Shown piece after piece: positions 12,110 through 23,970 of a stretch of DNA of 64,000 nucleotides. The stretch comes from Camelus dromedarius. Taxonomy: Eukaryota. Under the pieces are notes generated by a model, which worked only from the letters and a program-made list of their open reading frames with translations, was not told where the DNA came from and made no database searches. The position numbers and the translations under genes are program-made. Every line of letters begins with the position of its first letter. Within the stretch, counting starts at the first letter, position 1. The stretch lies in NCBI RefSeq assembly GCF_036321535.1, contig NC_087437.1, positions 16,122,001 through 16,186,000 of the forward strand, written 5' to 3'.

Positions 12110-12235
12110 AACTCCTACCCCTCCATTTTGCAGAGCAGGGATCCGAGGCCCAGAGAGGTCAAATGAGTCAGTCTGTCACATAGCTTGTGGGCGCAGCTTT
12201 GGCCCTTCAATCCAGGTGTCTGCACTCCGAGTCCA
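12110..12235 (-). mobile_element. MIR SINE
   Basis: ctccattttgcagag..gaggcccagagaggtcaaatga..gtcacatagct..ccaggtgtctg. Confidence 0.65.
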
Positions 12236-12499
12236 GCACCCAGGACATCTGGGCTCCCTCCTGGCCCGACAGTGTGCCTGACTCCCTCCCCAACTTGGGT
12301 CATTTGTGATGTCCCAGAAAGCCTATTTCTGTCTTTTTTCCCCCTTTCCTCCCAAAGACCCAGCAAAGGGTTGTCTTTAGAGTCCAAGTCAGCTGTCATC
12401 TTTGTCAACTGGTTCTGCTGGCCTTCAGGTGATGCACACGGAGGCCAGGCCATGTTGCACCCCCCACAACCCATCTCCAGACAGAGGTGGGCAGGCTAT

Positions 12500-14210
12500 T
12501 AACTTTCATTTGTCTATTGATTTTTTTCAGCTCTACTTCTTTACATTTTTTATGGTTACTCTAGAATGTAAATATATAAACCCCATACACATATATAATG
12601 TTTTATATATACAGGTTTGCATTATATATATGTATAAAGATAGTAAGAGGAAAATGTTATATACTTACTCGAAATAGTTACTGTTTCTCCTGCTCTTCCT
12701 TCATTCTTTAAGATCCAAGGATTCCTTCAGTCTGAATAACTTCCTTTAGTATCTCTTGTCATGCAGGTCTTCAGACAATATATTCTCTAAGTTTTCCTTT
12801 ATTAGAGAAATGTCTATATTTTGCATTCATTCATGAAAGATATTTTTGTTGGACATACAAGTCCAGGTTTGTACATTTTTTTTTCTTTCAGCATTTTAGA
12901 GATGTTGTTTCATTGTCTTCTGGTTTCCATGGTTTCTGATGAGGAGTCCCACAGTTATTTGAATCATTGTTCTGAGATAGATACAGACATAGATATAAAG
13001 ATATAGTGATTTTTCTCTGGTCACTTTCAAGATTTCCTCATTATCTTTGGTTTTTAGCTTGACTATGATGTGCCTGACTGTGCTTTTTTTCCCCCAGTTT
13101 GTCTTGTTTGAGATTCTCTAAGCTGCTTAAATCTGTAAATCTATGTCTTTCACTATTTTGCGGGGATTTTTCAGCTACACTTCTTCAAATATTATTTCCT
13201 GTCCCTTTTTCCCTCCTCCCTCCTACCATTACCTTTGTGTAGATCTTGAGAAATTGTCCCACAGGTTCCTGAGGCTTTGTTCATTATTTTCCCCATTTTT
13301 TCTCTTTCCCTCAGATCTATGTTTAAATTCATTGATTCTTTTCATTTGCCATCTCCATTCTGCTAAAAAAAAAAAAGGCCTTCAAGAGACTTTTTTCTGA
13401 TCTTGTATATTTTAGCTCTATTTTTTTTGTAATCTTCTTTTAATACTTTCTAATTCTCAGCTGAGTTGTCTTATCTTTTTATTCATCATAAGCATATTGT
13501 CCTTTATGTCATTGAACACAGCCATAATAATTGCTATTATAAGTCTGGGTCATCCTCAGGTTGGCATCTTTTTTTCCTATAAAAGTGGGTCACATATCTC
13601 TGGCTTTTTGTAGGTCTAGTAGTTTTGGATTACATATGTTGTGAATGTGATGTAGAGACTCCAAATTCTGTTACATTGATCCAAAGAGTGTTGATGTTTT
13701 TGATTTAGCAGGAAATTATCATGTTACACTCAACCTGTCATGTCTGCACTGGGCAACAGTGCAGATTTCCGTTTCTGTGGTTTTCAGTCTATCTTATACT
13801 TGCCAGAAGCTTAGGAAAAGTTCACACTCAGATTTTGGGATTCTCTTTCCCTGGGTCTCCAGGGATGTGATTTCCCCGGCTCTCCAGGGATGTGATTTCC
13901 CCCAACTCTCCAAGAGCCCTAATTACTCAGGACTCCTTCCCTTGGTTACTCCAGCCAGAAAGATGGTGGATTTTTCAATTAAGAATTTTTGCCACTGAGT
14001 GGACTGCAGTGACAGCTGCCCCCAGGGTAAAACTGCAAAAGGTAAAACTCACCTCGTGCTGCTCAGTTTCTGGAACCTTCAGGTCGTTTTTTTCCTTTCT
14101 TTTCGTTCCTTTTCTCTTCTCTTGTATTTTGTTGTTATTTGCAGGAAAGTCCATCTGTTAGAAGCATATTCCTCCACCCCAAAAGTGGAGCCTTCAGCTT
14201 ATTACCCTTA
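12500..14210 (-). mobile_element. Old L1M 5'/ORF1-region fragment
   Basis: ttcattcatgaaagatatttttgttgga..tttctttcagcattttagagatgttgtttcattgtcttctggtttccatggtttctgatgag..ttgactatgatgtgcct..ttcttcaaatatt. Confidence 0.75.
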
Positions 14211-14704
14211 AGCAGCAGTTCCATAAAACAGCCCTTAAGACTGATCTGTTCTGTCTTCAGTCCCCTATTTCATGCGGTTCTTTCAAGGTCTTTTAAACAC
14301 CATCATCTTCTAATACATCTCGTTTTACTTTATAAGTGAAGACCTCATGAATAGCTATTAAAGTTTTCTAGTTTTTCCTACCAAGCCCTCAGCCTTCATC
14401 TCTTACTCTGTCTTGATTCTCCGCCGTGCTTTCCCCCAGGTTTTCCTTCTCTGTGTTAGATTGCTATTTCTAGCCCCAGGAGCATTTCCTTCCCATCTAG
14501 CTCCTGGAATAATGAACAGATAGATTTTGCTTCTTTGTGCTTTCTTATGATCGGGAGAAACCCACTCAACTGCTCCTGACATTCCAGAGGGACAGGTCAA
14601 TGAGCAGGGCTGGGCTCTAACACCTGTACAGTTTACACAGCTCCCTTTTTTTAGCAGGTATATTTCTGAATACTGTTGTGAGTGTTCAACAGAACATTCC
14701 CATG

Positions 14705-15118
14705 TGTCTTAGTTTGTGCAGGCAGCTATAATAAAATATCATGGACTAGGTGGCTTAAACATCAGACATTGATTTCTCACAGTTCTACAAAACTGGAGGC
14801 TGGGAAGTCCGAGATCAAGGTGCTGGCCAATTTGGTTCCTGGTGAAGGCCCTCTTACTGGCTTGCAGAGGGCTGCCTTCTTGCTGTGTGTTTACATGGCA
14901 GACAGAGAAAGAGGTGGAGACAGAGACAGAGAACAATCAAGCTCTGGTCTCTCTTCTTCTTCCTGTAAGGACGCTAATCCCATTATGGGGGCCCCACCCT
15001 CATGACCTCCTCTAAACCCAGTTACCTCCCAAATGCCCTTCCTCCAGATACCATCACATTGGGGGTTAGCACTTTAATACATGAATTTTGAGAGGACGCA
15101 CACATTCAGTCCATGACG
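14705..15118 (-). mobile_element. MaLR solo LTR, MLT1A-like
   Basis: Diagnostic blocks: tgtcttagttt..ggtggcttaaac..ttctcacagttct..ggaggctgggaagtccgagatcaagg..ccaccctcatgacct..accatcacattgggggttag..cattcagtccat. Confidence 0.9.
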
Positions 15119-18100
15119 CTGTGCTTATGTTACGGACCAGTTCACAGTGTTTGACTTCACAGGTCGCATTCTGGTTATTACCAGTCCTGTCTCCTGTTAC
15201 CAAGAGGAAAAAAGGCACCTATATCAGGGAAAGTGCCATACCTCTGGTTCACTCTTTGCATCTGGGGTTCATGTATGCATTCACAAGCCTGACCTTCACC
15301 CTTTCACAGCTCACATTGGTGGATGGAGCCCCAGGAGGAACCCGCAAACCCTCTCTGAAAAGCAGCTTTCTGCTGGCTAAGTCAAAGCCCTGCTTCAGCA
15401 TGCCTTGCTTTCTTTTCTGATCAGTAGGGAGAGGCCCCATCCAGTCCCTTTGTGAGCAAAATCCTCCCTTCTTAGTATTCAGCCAGGTTCCTTCTGCTAA
15501 AGTAGTGTCAACTCTCCCATCCTTCAGAGCCCCAGGCTGCCTATCTAAGAAGTCTCCGGCCTGGCCCGAGCTTCCCGCAGCCCTGCTCCCTGCAGGCCTC
15601 CCTGTTTTATCAGGATGTGCACTCGGTCTTCTAGGCGCCTCATATGTCCCCCAGCCCCTTCCCCCAGCCCCTTCCTCTTTGCTCCTCCTGCTGCTCAGTC
15701 CTCTGGTCTCAGCCCCCGTCTGGGCTCCTCCCACACCCGGTGATTTTCTTGTTTTTTTTTTCCTGCCCCCTCTGAGGCTCACTTCCTCCCAAGCCTGCTG
15801 CCCCTCCCTTCTCCCTGCTTTCTCTCTTCTGCTTGTCTGCAGACACTCACTGCCCTGCTCTTTCCCCCTCCTTGAGCCTCCAACAGAGCTGCTTCTTGGG
15901 CATCTGCCCCTCCTGGCAGGAGGCAGAAGCCATCTTCTCAGGCGAGTTGCCAGCTACGCCTGGTCGGTCCTCAGTCTCTGTCCTTCCCAGCTCCTCCTGA
16001 CATGCTGGGCGGCCTGTTACCACCCTCATTTCCCACGATGACTGCCTGGACCAGCTCCGGAGCAGCTTAGCTGTTCCCCTTCCTCCAGAATCGGCCCCTT
16101 CTGCATCAGATTCGTTTCCTGAGCTGCTCTGGGGCACTGGACACGGAGAGGGTCCATCCCCCCCAGGGAACAAGGGGCAGCCTGTCCCCCAGGGCGAGCT
16201 CTGTGGGCACCTGGCCCTGTGGCTCTTTCTGAACCTGCTGGGGAAATCAGACCTGCTCCGCACGTGCTCGGCAGAGGCCCTCGTTCCCCTGTGATGAATT
16301 TCAGTCACCCCGTCACCATGGAGGCAAGGCCCTCGTCTCATCTTCCCCCATAATTCCATGAATTATCGGCTCAGCTGCAGCCTCCAGCCTCACCGGGAGT
16401 GAGCATCCATTCTAGCCACGATCGATTCCCTGCTGAAGTCTGCAGGGCCTTTCCTTTCACACAAAAAAATGTGACCTTTACTCCATGAGATGATGCTGCC
16501 CGTGTCTTCAGCAATGTGGGCTGAGAAGGTGGCAAAAAGATCCTCTCCAGAACTCTGTCCCGCTCTGGTGTGGCAAAATAGTTCTTTGACCTTGGAGGGG
16601 AGAACGCAGGACTTGGATTCCAAACATGCTCTATAAACTTGGCCTTCGGTCTCCTCACCCATAAGGTGGGATTTGTAAGAATTGTGCGATTCCTAAGACC
16701 CGCTGTGATAAACCGGAAACAATCCCTGATCAAGTCCCGCCCAGGTCTCAGCGCCCGTGGCTGTTGTGATTGCCGCCGCCACGGGTGCGTCCCCGGCCTC
16801 AGAATCCACACCTCGTGGCAAGAGCCACCCAGTATACATACTCAGAGCTAACTGGTAGAAAAGATTGTGACTTGCTCTCTTCCTAGTCGCCCTAAAAAAG
16901 AAAACAGAAAGCCGAGAGCTTCCAGGAGCCCAGGAAAAGCTGTTGTTCACAAAGGAAAACTGACAGGCTCACATGGAAGAATTTTTGAAGAACTTCTCAG
17001 GAGAGAAGAGGGGAAAAGGCAACTGCGATGACCGTGTCAGTTGAAACCCACAGTTCTCGCACATTCCTGGGCCCCAGAACCCCTGGAGTGTTAGGAAAGC
17101 TCAGCTTTGTGGGTCCCCCCACCCCAGAATTTCTGATCGGTAGGTCTGAGGTGGTCCAGGAACGTGCATTTCACACAGAAACCGAGGTAATTCTGATGTC
17201 ACCGGTCCTGGACCGCCCTTGAACTTGAAGAATGACTGCATTGAAACTATTTGAGGGAGCATAAATTTACTCATAAACCTGTGTTGCGAGAAATGTCAGT
17301 TATTTTTCAAAAATCGAAGTAAATCTGACACTGAGTCCCCATGCTGTCAGACTAGAGGAGAAAATGTGTGTTCAGTCATCCTAGAATTCCTCCTCTCTCC
17401 CCAAGCCCAGGAGAGTACGCAGTCCTGGGGCCACACTTAGGCCCTGCGTCTTTGCAGGGCCTGGGGGCCCTATGCCTCTGGGCCAGCCTCCCCTCTGCCT
17501 GAGGAGGCAGGGAGGGCACAGTTCCAGTAGGTGTCCAGACCACAGAGCCCCAGACCAGCGTCTGCCTCCAGGTCTTGGGAACCTCTATCTGGTCCTGCCA
17601 CTTTGGTCCTCTTAATAACCCATTTCCCAGAATCTGAACACCTCCCCATCCATCAGCTCTTTGAGGGGAAAAAAAAAAAGCTGATTAAATCAACATTGGA
17701 GATGGGGGTTGGTATTAAGGAGTTGGGGAAAGATCGACCATCACCCTCAGTCTTATGATTCTTCTATATCGTAGCATCAAACAAATGCAAATTAACACCT
17801 CAGTCATTTTCACTGACATGGTTATCAGTGAACTGGCTGCTCAGTAAACTGGAGTTCAGCTCAGAGAGGGTCTCTTGCATTTCGTTTGCTTAGCCTCCAT
17901 CTCCTATAAGAAAATAAGGACTTAAGAAAGAAGGTAGTTTGGGGTATCTGAGGGGCTCACCCATACCTGGGATGGAGAGCCTTTTTCCTCCAGGACGTTC
18001 CTTCAGAGACTTTCAAAGAGGGCATCCACAGAAAGAAGATCAGAGGGGTCAGAGCCTCGACCTTAGGGGCGCTCCCCCTTCCCCAGGCCAAGTCCTGAGC

Positions 18101-20700
18101 CTGGCCTGCACAGGAGAAAGGGATGCCATGGTCTGAGACTTTCCTTGGCTTCGACACACCTGGGAGGAGGGGCAGACTTGGATCACTGTTCCCTGAACCA
18201 GCAGGGACCCAGGGCAGAACTGGGAACACCACTGTCTTCCTGTCCAGGCTGCCCAGACTTTCTGTACCACTAGGAGCCAGCAATGCTCGTGTGTGACAAA
18301 ATGGTTAGGCGGACTCTGCGAACTTTCCCTAAAGTCTGTGAGCGTCTTTCCACCAGCATCATGCACATAGCGGGCACACACAGGTCTAGTGCAGGACACA
18401 CACATAGATACACAAAACACAGAGACACACGCACCCAGGGCCACGTGGAGACAGACACCTGCAGACATAAACCTTCCCAACCGCTGCAGGGCAAGGGCCA
18501 GGCTTTTCCTTTTGTTACTGCTCAGAAGTGAGTCCCACTGCTAGAGCAGTCTGTTTTAGACTTTTGTTTTTTCTTTTCCTATAATGCCCTTAATATTTAA
18601 AAGATGCAAAGAAAGCAGAAAATGATCTCAAAGATAATCTTGCAAGCTTTCAGGAAAGCGCCCCCTCTGTCTGCACTTGGCAACTCCACATTCAGAAGTT
18701 TCTACTGAACAGATGCATCCCTCAGATCCCCGCTGGCTTGGGCCAGGGCTAGAATCGTGGTCTTTCCGGATGAGAAAGGCTTGCTGGCTTTCTGTCCCTC
18801 GACCCCAGGCCCAGTTTCACTTCTCCCCACCACTCTTGGTGGCTTTTACATTTAAATCACACTTCTCTTCCCCGCCCATTCTGTGGCTTCCCTCCCGAGG
18901 CCGTTTTCAAATTATGATTTCTCCCTCTTCTTTCCATCTCTGAGCAGGGGTAACAGGCGCTCTCTTGGGTGGACAGGAAAGTGCAGGGGAATGAAGATAG
19001 TAGAGAAAAGGAGGGGGAGCCCCTTAAATTGCAGCCAGAATAAAACCAAGTCAGGTCCCCTGGACATTCTCCTGCAGTGTTAATTAAGCTGAGGGAGGAA
19101 TGATTCAAATGCCGCCCCCCACGCCCTGCCGCGCTCACACCGTGCTTCCTCAGGCAGCTCGGCCTCCCCTTTCCAATGACACCTCTCTCCAGATCACTTT
19201 GTCATCGGATGCTCAGTTAGGGACATCAGGCCCTGACTGAAATGCCCTTTTGAAAAAGATTCAGTGTAATTATTATGAGTAAGTCCAGTGTATTATTAGC
19301 ATGAGTGGGATCGGCATGGGATTTCAGATCCCGAGCCAGCTCGTACCCTGGGGATCAGAGCAAAGCCCCGGTCGGGTTTCTTGGCCAGCGCATCTCCACT
19401 CTGAGCCCGGTGTGTGGAGTCAGACAGGCAGAGCCCTCCTTCCTGTGTGCCTGTCAGCATGCCTGTCACCACCCAGGAGGGCTGGCCACCTGGGTGCAGG
19501 TCCACGCAGTGCCTCTACCAGCCATTCTCAGCTAACACACATTTATTAAACACCTACTATGCACAAAGCACAGCAATGAACAAATTTGAATGAACAATTT
19601 CTGAGCTCCTTGAATTTCCTTCCTAGCAAAAATGATGGACATTAAACAACGAATGCAGTTAACTCTGTAATTACAATCGTCAGGTGCTCTGGAGAAACGT
19701 GTATGGAGTATCAATCACATACCCTGAGGAAGGAACATCTGGGCTGAAACTCAGAGATGGAGAAGCGTTCATTAGGGAAAGAGGGCAGCCAGTGCCCCGT
19801 GCACTGGACACAGACGCTGCTTCCTAGGTGAGAGCAGAGTGCGGAGGCGAGGAGGGTGTCAGGGATCAGAGAGAAGCCACTGCCCAGGAGGAAAAGCTTT
19901 CAAAGGGGATGTTGCAAGAAATGGCAAGAAGTGAGCCAGCATCAAGGGACAGGACTGTGTGAGCAGTGTGGGTGGGATCACCCTGTGAACCTCAGGGGAG
20001 GGGTAGGAAGAGAAGAACCAGAAGTGAGACCCCAGACACGGGTCCTCAGGGAACGGACAGGGCAGCCCCAGGAAGAAATGGAGGATTGAACTGTGAGGGC
20101 GCCTGGTTCTAAGTGCTCCTAGCAGAGGGTGAAGCCAGGTTTCAGCTTCTCAACTGAGGTCCCAAAGAGAGTTGGTCAAGAAAGTCAATGACCCAATCAA
20201 TCAAGGATCATTGATTTCTCGCAAGAGCCAAGGACCTCTGCTAGAGAAGGAAATTAAATGTTATTTACATTAAATATGTTGATTGGCAGTGGTATCTGTA
20301 AATCATTCACTAAGATGTAAGCTTACTTTCCTGATTGGGTGCTTAGTAAATAAAAGTTTGGAACCTTAGCTTAGAGAAGAGAAAGATGGCTTTTAGCTGA
20401 GATGAGAGAAGGGGGTGGAGGAGATTCCCAGATGAGTTAGATGCGAACTGGGCAATAAAACTGGGCATCTGAAAGGCACTCAGTAACTGCTTATAGGGTG
20501 GGATGGATGGAAGGATGGATGGGTGGGTAGGTGAATAAGGTTATAAGGGCTCAGAGAGAGGGTTTTCCAGAAAGAGGTAACAGTTTGATCAGAATGGAAG
20601 AGGTCAGAAAGTGGTGTGCTTGCAGGCTGTAAACAGGCTGGTTTAGGGAAGAGGGTGTACAGGCCAATAAAATCACGGTGCGTTAGCCCTTAAAGGGCCC

Positions 20701-20880
20701 TGTTATCAGTTGAATTGTGTTCCCCACACAAAAAGTTACACTGAAGTTCTAACCCTGTACCTGTGAGTGTGACTTTATTTGGAAACAGGGTCTTTGGAGA
20801 TACAATCAAGCTAGGATGAGGTCACACTGGATTAGGGTGGGCCCTAAATCGAGTGACTGGTGTCCCTCTAAGGAGGAGAT
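20701..20880 (+). mobile_element. MaLR LTR 5' part, MLT1B/C-like, 3'-truncated
   Basis: tgttat..ttgaattgtgttcccc..gtgactttatttggaaacagggtcttt..gatgaggtcacactggattagggtgggccctaaatc..gactggtgtcc. Similarity stops near 20880. Confidence 0.8.
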
Positions 20881-22794
20881 TCTGGAGTCTTGGCAAATCT
20901 CCCTCTAGTTCTGCAAGCATCCTCTGCATCATGAGAGAAGTTGATCCAGAGGGTGGAGGTGCCCATCGGAGGAGCCAGCTTAATTGGGCCTTCAGGACCT
21001 GATAGGGCTTGACCCATGTGCCCTGCAGAAGGCAGAGCCTCCTCCCGAAAACAAGCCTCGACATGTAGCAAATCTTTAAAAGGGAAGGTGTTTATCCAAG
21101 AAAGCGAAACCAGGCCCTTCAGTTCAGCCCTCCGAGAGCCCACAGGAACAAGTGATTTTCTGAAGACCCCAGTAGCTCAAAACCCGCATTATCAAGGCAG
21201 GGCATATTACAGCTCCTCTGGGAGAGCTGAACCTACAAATCTGAAGGCAGCCAAGAAACTCTCTCCCAGAGTCGTTTACAGATCCGGAGGTAAAAGGAAG
21301 AGCGAGTCAGTGTATGCAGGCGAGCAGGAGAGCGCGGACTGAGGCAGGGGCGGGAGGATTCTGATCAAAGGCCACTCTGCAGGTGCTCCAGCCATGGGGG
21401 GGGGGGTGTGGGGAGGATTTTAGAGGTGAAGATTTTATTTTGATCCTCCCACAAAAGCAATCAAGTAAGCCCTTCCCCTGCGAGAGAGCGAGAGAGTCCA
21501 AAACAGGAAAGGAAGCTTTTCAGCGAAAAGATCCATGTAGACTTGGACTAATACTGCTCACTTAGAGAGCGCGTGCCATCTGGGTGTTTGATAAAAAGGG
21601 GAAAAAAAAAAAAGGCATAAAGAAAAGTTCAAAGCCCGTGGATTCAGCTTGTGAACTGCAAGCTGCTCGCCTCCCCTCCTGGCCAGCTCTTTTTTTCTTG
21701 GAGGCGGATATTTTTCCTCTTGGTCAGAGGGACCTGTCAGGTCTTCGTTCATTTATTCTCTCACTGGCCGAGGAGCTGAGTGAGGAGCAGCGCGGGGAGG
21801 TGACCCAGGTGACAAGAGCCAGGCTGACCTCCTACTCATGAACCTCCTGAGGGTTTTCTATTACGATGCAAAGCCTCAGCCCACTTGCCTGGGCCAGGAG
21901 CTTCGCGCCTGAAGCTCCAGAAGCTCCAGGAGCTTCGCGCCTTGCTGCTCTGTGCCAGACGGGGCAAGACCCCTGCTCGTGTCCACGCGCATTTTCTTAC
22001 TTTGTGTCTGTCAGAGGTGGTGGATTGTTTGAGGCGCACACCCCAGGGCTCTGGCCCATGGGTTAGCTAGGAATGGCCATGGGACCCTGACCTTAGGCCT
22101 CATCACTTTTGAAAACTTCTCCTTTGGAATGGAATTTGGCACATTCCAGGAGTCACAGAGGACGGCAGAAAAACCAGGGAGAACCCACCCCAAACTGCCA
22201 AGCAGTGTGAGTTCATGTGCTTCTAAACCAGCATCACCAATAAAACGGCACGAGATGGCTTCGTAGTTAGATATTCTACCCTGAAAAATTAGAAAGGTAA
22301 GGGTTTGGCCAGGAAATGCTGGGGCAGGAGGCGGTGGGAGTGGAGTGAAAGGGGGAGCAAAACCCTGAGCGGGGAGGCTGATTCCGTAGTATCCCTTTAA
22401 GATAGTTTATGTTCCTCCTAAACTAATTTTTCCCCTATTATACCATGCTATGGTTCTATTGCTCTAAAATAATGATTAGTGTTCTACAATAATTCTCAGT
22501 ATTAGAAAATTATTTTAGTAAATAATACATCATCATCATTTAAAACCCATTATTCAATCTTTTTTGTTGTTTATCTGTATTGGCTTTTGATACACATTTT
22601 CCTACCAGTCATCATTATCTTCAATAACAAACACACTGAACTCATTCTTTCTTTGCTTTATTTTTCAATGTTTTCATCACATTTCAAATCATGTAGCATA
22701 ACTCGATCCAATAGCTCTAATGACAGACAATTCAATGCAAAGAACTTCACAATAGGTAATTCTGAAGGGTGGTCCCTTAGCATTTAGAAGGACA

Positions 22795-22990
22795 AAGCTG
22801 GTTTTTGAGCCAGAAAACATGGTTTGAGTTGCTGGCTCTGCCAATTGTTGGGGTAAAAGTTACTTTACCTCTTTGAGGCTCTGTTCATTATTTGTTGGAT
22901 GGGAATAGGGTATTCTACTTGATCTGTATCACATGACTATTGTAAAGATCAAAGGAAAAATATTGTATTCAAAGTGCTTTAATAAATTTC
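22795..22990 (+). mobile_element. MIR SINE
   Basis: ttttgagccagaaaacatggtttgagttgctggctctgcca..aagttactttacctctttgag..tattgtaaagatcaaa..aaagtgcttt. Confidence 0.65.
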
Positions 22991-23224
22991 TACATGCCTA
23001 TAAAATGTAACAAAAGAAGTTACTATAAAAGCTGATGACCTAGAATAAATTATTCTGGATCTTGGTAATACACTTTTACCTGATTTGGGGAGAAAAAATC
23101 TGTTCCAATAATACATGACATGCCAAATGTAATTAGCAATGAATGGGACTAGTTCCATCCTGTTAATAAGGCAAGTAGTGGGATCTTGCATTAAAATCTA
23201 ATCAATATAATATATGTATACATA

Positions 23225-23445
23225 AAGAGCACAAACTTGGATGGCAGTGAGACTGAAATATAAATCTCATTCTGTTAATATATTACATAACCTGGGTGAG
23301 GTATTTACTTCCTGAGCCTCAGTTTTCTAATCTGTGAAACGGGAATAAGAACCTACCTCTTAGTAAGACTGTGAAAATTAGATGATATTAAATATGTGAA
23401 GTGCTCAGCAGAGCAGTTGGCACCCAGTGGATACTTGATAAATGC
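23225..23445 (+). mobile_element. MIR SINE
   Basis: ctgagcctcagttttctaatctgtgaaacgggaataagaacctacctc..tatgtgaagtgctcagcagagcagttggcac. Confidence 0.8.
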
Positions 23446-23599
23446 CCATTTGCTCTCTTCTCCCCTGAAGTTCCTTATAACAATGGGGATGGAGATATAG
23501 CCAGTTCTCTTACGGTGCCTATTTCTTCAATGAAAACTCACTCAATAGACGGCTGGTAAGTGAGGGAATGATGTCAGTATAATGAGGAAGTTCTGCAGT

Positions 23600-23970
23600 T
23601 CTCGTATGATCTTTCCCCAGGATAGTTGTGTCGTAAAGCCATCAGGGGCAAGGTTTCTTAACAATTAAAGAGAAAGCCATAGCATCATAAGAAGACCTTA
23701 AGAAAACTTAAAAGTTGAACATTGACAGAAAGGCCTTCCCTTAGTGCAGACAATGGCTGGTTTAGTGGTTTCCAGCACCCACTGTTCTCCACTGTTTTCT
23801 GGTGAAGCTGAAAGCAAAGCTGAGCAGACTGTGGAAGCATTTCCTCTATGTTAAACTAGATTTTCTTGACGAAGACATCTATACTCTGGGTCAGATTTTT
23901 AATTTTAATGAAGCTGATCTTTATGCAATAGGAAAGCCCCCAGGACCTCTATCTCCAAAAAGAGGCACAA
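23600..23970 (+). mobile_element. Decayed Tigger/pogo (TcMar) transposase remnant
   Basis: Collinear peptide motifs across frameshifts: IKEKAIAS*EDLKK (from 23664), LSADNGWFSGF (GWF at 23755-23763), SGEAESKAEQTVEAFP (from 23798), DEDIYTLGQIFNFNEADLY (QIFN at 23892). These match the CENP-B-type HTH and the QIFNxDETGL start of the DDE domain. Confidence 0.8.

Noticed and set aside
15505..16041. 178-aa Leu/Pro-rich ORF resembling a membrane protein
   Set aside because: The composition simply reflects a C/T-rich low-complexity tract, and the start codon is not ATG.
22390..22790. AT-rich block suspected of being a hAT transposase relic on the minus strand
   Set aside because: I could not recover convincing collinear peptide motifs by eye; it needs a Dfam search.
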